Of a stretch of DNA of 64,000 bases, positions 53,501 through 64,000 are shown in pieces (position 1 is the first letter of the stretch; every line of letters starts with the position of its first letter). The position numbers and the translations under genes were made by a program. The notes below the pieces were generated by a model that made no database searches, was not told the DNA's origin, and was given only the letters and a program-made list of their open reading frames with translations. Source of the DNA: Eledone cirrhosa (lineage: Eukaryota); NCBI GenBank assembly GCA_964016885.1, contig OZ024746.1, positions 102,114,001 through 102,178,000 on the forward strand. Reading direction: 5' to 3'.

Positions 53501-56500
53501 AGAGGGACCACTGGAATATATAGTAGAGGGACCACTGGAATATATACTAGAGGGACCACCGGAATATATACTAGAGGGACCACCGGAAAATATAATAGAG
53601 GGAACACTGGAATATATACTAAAGGGACCACCGGAAAATATAATAGAGGAAACACTGGAATATATACTAGAGGGACCACAGGAATATATATTAGAGAGAT
53701 AGAGGGACCACTGGAATCTATACTTGAATACATACTAGAGGGACCTCTGGAATATATACTCGAGCGACCACTGGAATATATACTAGAGGGACCTGTGGAA
53801 TATATACTAGAAGGACCAATGGAATATATACTCGAGGGACCTGTGGAATATATACGAGAGGTACCACTGGAATATATACTAGAGGCACCACGGGAATATA
53901 TACTAGAGGGACCACTGAAATATATACTAGAGGGACCACTGAAATATATACTAGAGGGACCTGTGCAATATATACTAGAACGACCAATGGAATATATACT
54001 AGAGGGACCTGTGGAATATATACTAGAGGTACCACTGGAATACATACTAGAGGGACTACTGGAATATGTACTAGAGGGACCACTGGCATATATACTAGAG
54101 GGACCACTGGAATATGTACTAGAGGGACCACTGGAATATATACTAGAGGAACCACTGGAGCATATACTAGAGGGACGTGTGGAATATATACTAGAGGGAC
54201 CTGTGGAATATATACTAGAGGGACCACTGGAATATATACTAGAGGGACCACTGGAATATATACTAGAGGGACATCTGGAATATATACTAGAGGGACTACT
54301 GCGATATATACTAGAGGGACCTGTAGAATATATATTAGAGGGAGCTGTGGAATATATACTAGAGGGACAACTGGAACATATACTAGAGGGACCTGTGGAA
54401 TATATACTAGAGGTACCACAGGAATATATACTAGAGGGACCACTGGAATATATACTAGAGGGACCTGTGGAATATATACTAGACGGATCTGTGGAATATA
54501 TACTAGACGGACTACTGGAGTATATACTAGAGGGACTACTGGAATATATACTAGAGGGACCACTGGAATATATACTAGATGGACCACTGGAATATATACT
54601 AAAGGGACCACCAGAAATTATAATAGAGGGATAACTGTAATAGATACTAGAGGGACCACTGGAATATATACTAGAGGGACCACTGGAATATATACTAGAG
54701 GGACCACTGGAATATATACTAGAGGGACCACTGGAATATATACTAGAGGGACCACCGGAATATATACTAGAGGGACCACCGGAATATATACTAAAGGACC
54801 ACTGGAAAATATAATAGAGGGAACACTAGAATATATACTAGAGGGACCACAGGAATATATATTAGAGGGATAGAGGGACCACTGGAATCTATACTAGAGG
54901 GACCTCTGGAATATATACTCGAGGGACCACTGGAATATATACTAGAGGGACCTGTGGAATATATACTAGAAGGACCGATGAAATATATACTCGAGGGACC
55001 TGTGGAATATATACGAGAGGTACCACTGGAATATATACTAGAGGGACTACTGGAATATGTACTAGAGGGACCACTGGCATATATACTAGAGGGACCACTG
55101 GAATATGTACTAGAGGGACCACTGGAATATATACTAGAGGAACCACTGGAGCATATACTAGAGGGACGTGTGGAATATATACTAGAGGGACCTGTGGAAT
55201 ATATACTAGAGTGAGCCATGGAATATATACTAGAGGGACCACTGGAATATATACTAGAGGGACATCTGGAATATATACTAGAGGGACTACTGCGATATAT
55301 ACTAGAGGGACCTGTAGAATATATATTAGAGGGAGCTGTGGAATATATACTAGAGGGACAACTGGAACATATACTAGAGGGACCTGTGGAATATATACTG
55401 GAGGTACCACAGGAATATATACTAGAGGGACCACTGGAATATATACTAGAGGGACCTGTGGAATATATACTAGACGGACCTGTGGAATATATACTAGACG
55501 GACTACTGGAGTATATACTAGAGGGACTACTGGAATATATACTAGAGGGACCACTGGAATATATACTAGATGGACCACTGGAATATATACTAAAGGGACC
55601 ACCAGAAATTATAATAGAGGGATAACTGTAATAGATACTAGAGGGACCACTGGAATATATACTAGAGGGACCATTGGAATATATACTAGAGGGACCACTG
55701 GAATATATACTAGAGGGACCACTGGAATATATACTAGAGGGACCACCGGAATATATACTAGAGGGACCACCGGAATATATACTAAAGGACCACTGGAAAA
55801 TATAATAGAGGGAACACTAGAATATATACTAGAGGGACCACAGGAATATATATTAGAGGGATAGAGGGACCACTGGAATCTATACTAGAGGGACCTCTGG
55901 AATATATACTCGAGGGACCACTGGAATATATACTAGAGGGACCTGTGGAATATATACTAGAAGGACCAATGGAATATATACTAGAGGGACCTGTGGAATA
56001 TATACGAGAGGTACCACTGGAATATATACTAGAGGTACCACGGGAATATATACTAGAGGGACCACTGGAATATATACTAGAGGGACCACTGGAATACATA
56101 CTAGAGGGACCACTGAAATATATACTAGAGGGACCTGTGGAATATATACTAGAAGGACCACTGGAATATATACTAGAGGGACCTCTGGAATATATACTGG
56201 AGGGACCTGTGGAATACATACTAGAGGGACCACTGGAATATATTCTAGAGGCACCACTGCAATATACACTAGAGGGAGCTGTGGAATATAAACTAGAAAG
56301 ACCAGTGCAATATATACAAGAGGGACCAGTGCAATATATACAAGAGGGACCAGTGCAATATATACTAGAGATAACTGTGGAATATATACTAGAGGGAACT
56401 GTGGAATATATACTAGAGGGACCACCGGAATATATACTAGAGGGACCACCGGAATATATACTAGAGGGACCACTGAAATATATACTAGAGGGACCTGTGC

Positions 56501-59500
56501 AATATATACTAGAAGGACCAATGGAATATATACTAGAGGGACCTGTGGAATATATACTAGAGGTACCACTGGAATACATACTAGAGGGACTACTGGAATA
56601 TATACTAGAGGGACCACTGGCATATGTACTAGAGGGACCACTGGAATATATACTAGAGGAACCACTGGAGCATATACTAGATGGACGTGTGGAATATATA
56701 CTAGAGGGACCTGTGGAATATATACTAGAGGGACCACTGGAATATATACTAAAGGGACCACTGGAATATATACTAGAGGGACAACTGGAACATATGCTAG
56801 AGGGACCTGAGGAATATATACTAGAGGGACCACTGGAATATATACTAGAGGGACCTCTGGAATATATACTAGAGGGACCACTGGAATATATACTAGAGGG
56901 ACCACAGGAATATATACTAGAGGGACCACTGGAATATATACTAGAGGGACCACTGGAATATATACTAGAGGGACCTCTGGAATATATACTGGAGGGACCT
57001 GTGGAATACATACTAGAGGGACCACTGGAATATATACTAGAGGGACCTCTGGAATATATACTAGATGGACCACTGGAATATATACTAGAGGGACCTGTGG
57101 AATACACACTAGAGGGACCACTGGAATATATACTAGAGGGACCTGTGGAATATATACTAGAGGGACTACTGGAATATATACTAGAGGGACCTGTTGAATA
57201 TATACTAGAGGGACCACTGGAATATATACCAGAGGGACCACAGGAATGTATATTAGAGGGATAGAGGGACCACTGGAATATATACTAGAGGGACCTCTGG
57301 AATATATACTAGAGGGACCACTGGAATATATACTAGAGGGACCACTGGAATATATACTAGAGGGACCACTGGAATATATACTAGAGGGACCTCTGGAATA
57401 TATACTGGAGGGACCTGTGGAATACATACTAGAGGGACCACTGGAATATATTCTAGAGGCACCACTGCAATATACACTAGAGGGAGCTGTGGAATATAAA
57501 CTAGAAAGACCAGTGCAATATATACAAGAGGGACCAGTGCAATATATACTAGAGGGACCACTGGAATATATACTAGAGATACCTGTGGAATATATACTAG
57601 AGGGAACAGTGGAATATATACTAGAGGGACCACCGGAATATATACTAGAGGGACCACCGGAATATATACTAGAAAGACCACAGGAATATATATTAGAGGG
57701 ATAGAGGGACCACTGGAATATATACTAGAGGGACCTCTGGAATATATACTAGAGGGACCTCTGGAATATATACTAGAGGGACCACTGGAATATATACTAG
57801 TAGGACCTATGGAATATATACTAGAGGGACCACTGGAATATATACTAGAGGGACCACTGGAATATATACTAGAGGGACCACTGAAATATATACTAGAGGG
57901 ACCTGTGGAATATATACTAGAAGGACCAATGGAATATATACTAGAGGGACCTGTGGAATATATACTAGAGGTACCACTGGAATACATACCAGAGGGACTA
58001 CTGGAATATGTACTAGAGGGACCACCGGAATATATACTAGAGGAGGGACCACTGGAATATATACTAGAGGGACCACTGGAATATATACAAGAGGGACCAC
58101 TGGAGCATATACTAGAGGGACGTGTGGAATATATACTAGAGGGACGTGTGGAATATATACTAGAGGGACCTGTGGAATATATACTAGAGTGAGCTGTGGA
58201 ATATATACTAGAGGGACCTGTGGAATATATACTAGAGGGACCTGTGGAATATATACTAGAGGGACTACTGTAATATATACTAGAGGGACCTGTGAAATAT
58301 ATAATAGAGGGACCTGTGGAATATATACTAGAGGGACTACTGTAATATATACTAGAGGGACTACTGTAATATATACTAGACGGACCACTGGAATATATAC
58401 AAGAGGGACCACCGGAATATATACTAAAGGGACCACCGGAAATTATAATAGAGGGATAACTGTAATAGATACTAGAGGGACAACTGGAATATATACTAGA
58501 GGGACCACTGGAATATATACTAGAGGGACCTCTGGAATATATACTAGAGGGACCTGTGGAATATATACTAGAGTGAGCTGTGGAATATATACTAGAGGCA
58601 CCCCTGGAATATATACTAGAGGGACTACTGGAATATATACTAGAGGGACTACTGGAATATATACTAGAGGGACTACTGGAATATATACTAGAGCGACTAC
58701 TGGAATATATACTAACGGACCACTGGAATATATACTAGAGGGACCACCGGAAGATATACTAAAGGGACCACCAGACTTTATAATAGAGGGACCACAGGAT
58801 TGTATATTAGAGGGATAGAGGGACCACTGGAATATATACTAGAGGGACCACTGGAATATATACTAGAGGGACCACTGGAATATATACTAGAGGGACCTCT
58901 GGAATATATACTAGAGTGACCTCTGGAATATATACTAGAGGGACCACTGGAATATATACTAGAGGGACCACTGGAATATATACTAGAGGGACCACTGGAA
59001 TATATACTAGAGGGACCTCTGGAATATATACTAGAGGGACCTCTGGAATATATACTGGAGGGATCTGTGGAATACATACTAGAGGCACAACTGCAATATA
59101 CACTAGAGGGAGCTGTGGAATATAAACTAGAGGGACCAGTGCAATATATACTAGAGGGACCAGTGCAATATATACAAGAGGGACCAGTGCAATATATACT
59201 AGAGGGACCAGTGCAATAAATACTAGAGGGACCATTAGAATATATACTAGAGGGACCACTGGAATATATACTAGAGGGACCTCTGGAATATATACTAGAG
59301 GGACCTGTGGAATACATACTAGAGGGACCACTGGAATATATACTACAGGGACCTGTGGAATATATACTAGAGGGACCACTGGAATAGATACTAGAGGGAC
59401 CACAGTAATGTATATTAGAGGGATAGAGGGACCACTGGAATATATACTAGAGGGACAACTGGAATATATACTAGAGGGACCTCTGGAATATATACTAGAG

Positions 59501-62500
59501 GGACCACTGGAATATATACTAGAGGGAGCTGTGGAATATATACTAGAGGGACCACTGGAATATATACTAGAGGGACTACTTGAATACATACTAGAGGGAC
59601 CTCTGGAATATATACTAGAGGGACCACTGGAATATATACTAGAGGGACTACTGCGATATATACTAGAGGGACCTGTAGAATATATACTAGAGGGAGCTGT
59701 GGAATATATACTAGAGGGACCTGTGGAATATATACTAGAGGGACTACTGGAATATATACTAGAGGGACCACTGGAATATATACTAGAGGGACCACTGGAA
59801 TATATACTAAAGGGACCACCAGAAATTATAATAGAGGGATAAATGTAATAGATACTAGAGGGACCACTGGAATATATACTAGAGGGACCACTGGAATATA
59901 TACTAGAGGGACCACTGGAATATATACTAGAGGGACCACCGGAATATATACTAGAGGGACCACTGGAATATATACTAGAGGGACCACCGGAATATATACT
60001 AGAGGGACCATCGGAAAATATAATAGAGGGAACACTGGAATATATACTAAAGGGACCACCGGAAAATATAATAGAGGGAACACTGGAATATATATTAGAG
60101 AGATAGAGGGACCACGGGAATCTATACTTGAATACATACTAGAGGGACCTCTGGAATATATACTCGAGGGACCACTGGAATATATACTAGAGGGACCTGT
60201 GGAATATATACTAGAAGGACCAATGGAATATATACTCGAGGGACCTGTGGAATATATACGAGAGGTACCACTGGAATATATACTAGAGGTACCACGGGAA
60301 TATATACTAGAGGGACCACTGAAATATATACTAGAGGGACCTGTGCAATATATACTAGAAGGACCAATGGAATATATACTAGAAGGACCTGTGGAATATA
60401 TACTAGAGGTACCACTGGAATACATACTAGAGGGACTACTGGAATATATACTAGAGGGACCACTGGCATATGTACTAGAGGGACCACTGGAATATATACT
60501 AGAGGAACCACTGGAGCATATACTAGATGGACGTGTGGAATATATACTAGAGGGACCTGTGGAATATATACTAGAGTGAGCTGTGGAATATATACTAGAG
60601 GGACCACTGGAATATATACTAAAGGGACCACTGGAATATATACTAGAGGGACAACTGGAACATATGCTAGAGGGACCTGAGGAATATATACTAGAGGGAC
60701 CACTGGAATATATACTAGAGGGACCTCTGGAATATATACTAGAGGGACCACTGGAATATATACTAGAGGGACCACAGGAATATATACTAGAGGGACCACT
60801 GGAATATATACTAGAGGGACCACTGGAATATATACTAGAGGGACCTCTGGAATATATACTGGCGGGACCTGTGGAATACATACTAGAGGGACCACTGGAA
60901 TATATACTAGAGGGGCCTCTGGAATATATACTAGATGGACCACTGGAATATATACTAGATGGACCACTGGAATATATACTAGAGGGACCTGTGGAATACA
61001 CACTAGAGGGACCACTGGAATATATACTAGAGGGACCTGTGGAATATATACTAGAGGGACTACTGGAATATATACTAGAGGGACCTGTTGAATATATACT
61101 AGAGGGACCACTGGAATATATACCAGAGGGACCACAGGAATGTATATTAGAGGGATAGAGGGACCACTGGAATATATACTAGAGGGACCTCTGGAATATA
61201 TACTAGAGGGACCTCTGGAATATATACTAGAGGGACCACTGGAATATATACTAGAGGGACCTCTGGAATATATACTGGAGGGACCTGTGGAATACATACT
61301 AGAGGGACCACTGGAATATATTCTAGAGGCACCACTGCAATATACACTAGAGGGAGCTGTGGAATATAAACTAGAAAGACCAGTGCAATATATACAAGAG
61401 GGACCAGTGCAATATATACTAGAGGGACCACTGGAATATATACTAGAGATACCTGTGGAATATATACTAGAGGGAACTGTGGAATATATACTAGAGGGAC
61501 CACCGGAATATATACTAGAGGGACCACCGGAATATATACTAGAGGGACCACAGGCATATATATTAGAGGGATAGAGGGACCACTGGAATATATACTAGAG
61601 GGACCTCTGGAATATATACTAGAGGGACCTCTGGAATATATACTAGAGGGACCACTGGAATATATACTAGTAGGACCTATGGAATATATACTAGAGGGAC
61701 CACTGGAATATATACTAGAGGGACCACTGAAATATATACTAGAGGGACCTGTGGAATATATACTAGAAGGACCAATGGAATATATACTAGAGGGACCTGT
61801 GGAATATATACTAGAGGTACCACTGGAATACATACCAGAGGGACTACTGGAATATGTACTAGATGGACCACTGGAATATATACTAGAGGAACCACTGGAG
61901 CATATACTAGAGGGACGTGTGGAATATATACTAGAGGGACGTGTGGAATATATACTAGAGGGACCTGTGGAATATATACTAGAGTGAGCTGTGGAATATA
62001 TACTAGAGGGACCTGTGGAATATATACTAGAGGGACCTGTGGAATATATACTAGAGGGACTACTGTAATATATACTAGAGGGACCTGTGAAATATATAAT
62101 AGAGGGACCTGTGGAATATATACTAGAGGGACTACTGTAATATATACTAGAGGGACTACTGTAATATATACTAGACGGACCACTGGAATATATACAAGAG
62201 GGACCACCGGAATATATACTAAAGGGACCACCGGAAATTATAATAGAGGGATAACTGTAATAGATACTAGAGGGACAACTGGAATATATACTAGAGGGAC
62301 CACTGGAATATATACTAGAGGGACCTCTGGAATATATACTAGAGGGACCTGTGGAATATATACTAGAGTGAGCTGTGGAATATATACTAGAGTGAGCTGT
62401 GGAATATATACTAGAGGGACCCCTGGAATATATACTAGAGGGACTACTGGAATATATACTAGAGGGACTACTGGAATATATACTAGAGGGACTACTGGAA

Positions 62501-64000
62501 TATATACTAGAGCGACTACTGGAATATATACTAACGGACCACTGGAATATATACTAGAGGGGCCACCGGAAGATATACTAAAGGGACCACCAGACTTTAT
62601 AATAGAGGGACCACAGGATTGTATATTAGAGGGATAGAGGGACCACTGGAATATATACTAGAGGGACCACTGGAATATATACTAGAGGGACCACTGGAAT
62701 ATATACTAGAGGGACCTCTGGAATATATACTAGATTGACCTCTGGAATATATACTAGAGGGACCACTGGAATATATACTAGAGGGACCACTGGAATATAT
62801 ACTAGAGGGACCACTGGAATATATACTAGAGGGACCTCTGGAATATATACTGGAGGGATCTGTGGAATACATACTAGAGGCACAACTGCAATATACACTA
62901 GAGGGAGCTGTGGAATATAAACTAGAGGGACCAGTGCAATATATACTAGAGGGACCAGTGCAATATATACAAGAGGGACCAGTGCAATATATACTAGAGG
63001 GACCAGTGCAATAAATACTAGAGGGACCATTAGAATATATACTAGAGGGACCACTGGAATATATACTAGAGGGACCTCTGGAATATATACTAGAGGGACC
63101 TGTGGAATACATACTAGAGGGACCACTGGAATATATACTACAGGGACCTGTGGAATATATACTAGAGGGACCACTGGAATAGATACTAGAGGGACCACAG
63201 TAATGTATATTAGAGGGATAGAGGGACCACTGGAATATATACTAGAGGGACAACTGGAATATATACTAGAGGGACCTCTGGAATATATACTAGAGGGACC
63301 ACTGGAATATATACTAGAGGGAGCTGTGGAATATATACTAGAGGGACCACTGGAATATATACTAGAGGGACTACTTGAATACATACTAGAGGGACCTCTG
63401 GAATATATACTAGAGGGACCACTGGAATATATACTAGAGGGACTACTGCGATATATACTAGAGGGACCTGTAGAATATATACTAGAGGGAGCTGTGGAAT
63501 ATATACTAGAGGGACCTGTGGAATATATACTAGAGGGACTACTGGAATATATACTAGAGGGACCACTGGAATATATACTAGAGGGACCACTGGAATATAT
63601 ACTAAAGGGACCACCAGAAATTATAATAGAGGGATAAATGTAATAGATACTAGAGGGACCACTGGAATATATACTAGAGGGACCACTGGAAAATATACTA
63701 GAGGGACCACTGGAATATATACTAGAGGGACCACCGGAATATATACTAGAGGGACCACTGGAATATATACTAGAGGGACCACCGGAATATATACTAGAGG
63801 GACCATCGGAAAATATAATAGAGGGAACACTGGAATATATACTAAAGGGACCACCGGAAAATATAATAGAGGGAACACTGGAATATATATTAGAGAGATA
63901 GAGGGACCACGGGAATCTATACTTGAATACATACTAGAGGGACCTCTGGAATATATACTCGAGGGACCACTGGAATATATACTAGAGGGACCTGTGGAAT
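29565..64000. repeat. 24-bp tandem satellite array (consensus GGAATATATACTAGAGGGACC[ACT/TGT]) with kb-scale higher-order repeats; continues beyond the window
   Basis: Uninterrupted head-to-tail array of ~34.4 kb, roughly 1,400 monomers by length/24. The left edge (29565-29700) is degenerate. Identical variant strings recur at kb offsets. Confidence 0.98.

Noticed and set aside
29533-63932. Long repetitive ORFs (EYILEGPL, VYIPVVPL, YSSGPSSI, GIYTRGTT) suggesting a giant repeat protein
   Set aside because: A 24-bp monomer is open in four of six frames by construction. Frequent 8-bp and 1-bp indels and stop variants break every frame, and ORFs overlap on both strands, so there is no sign of coding constraint.
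29565-64000. CRISPR-like array
   Set aside because: Repeats are contiguous with no unique spacers, no cas genes are present, and the context is eukaryotic with introns.
29600-64000. Monomer core variants that are reverse complements (CCACTGG/CCAGTGG, CCTGTGG/CCACAGG) as programmed micro-inversions
   Set aside because: All are linked by single substitutions through observed intermediates (ACT, TCT, AGT, TGT, ACA), so point mutation is enough to explain them.

Overview
Eukaryotic, AT-rich animal genomic DNA. The SINE/RTE repertoire and long (TA/CA)n tracts suggest a cephalopod, probably Octopus (inference). The left half holds five coding exons of the lysine methyltransferase gene EEF1AKMT2/METTL10 (+ strand, 4216-17185; the start exon was not found in the window). 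Its introns contain decayed Tx1/L1-clade and RTE-clade LINEs, a mariner relic, MITEs and SINEs. One intron carries a 20/22-bp minisatellite with three LINE pieces embedded in it. Converging on this gene are the last three coding exons of an unidentified minus-strand gene with an Arg/Gly-rich, Asn-rich C-terminus (29512 to 27088). The right half (~29565-64000, >34 kb, running off the window) is a 24-bp tandem satellite (GGAATATATACTAGAGGGACCACT) with layered 2.2-3.9 kb higher-order repeats. It starts ~50 nt from a 3' splice site, so it appears to be intronic. The many ORFs over the satellite and microsatellites are repeat artefacts. I see no clear new enzymatic system. The most interesting signals are the giant intronic satellite, the minisatellite that hosts LINE fragments, and inverted repeats able to form dsRNA.
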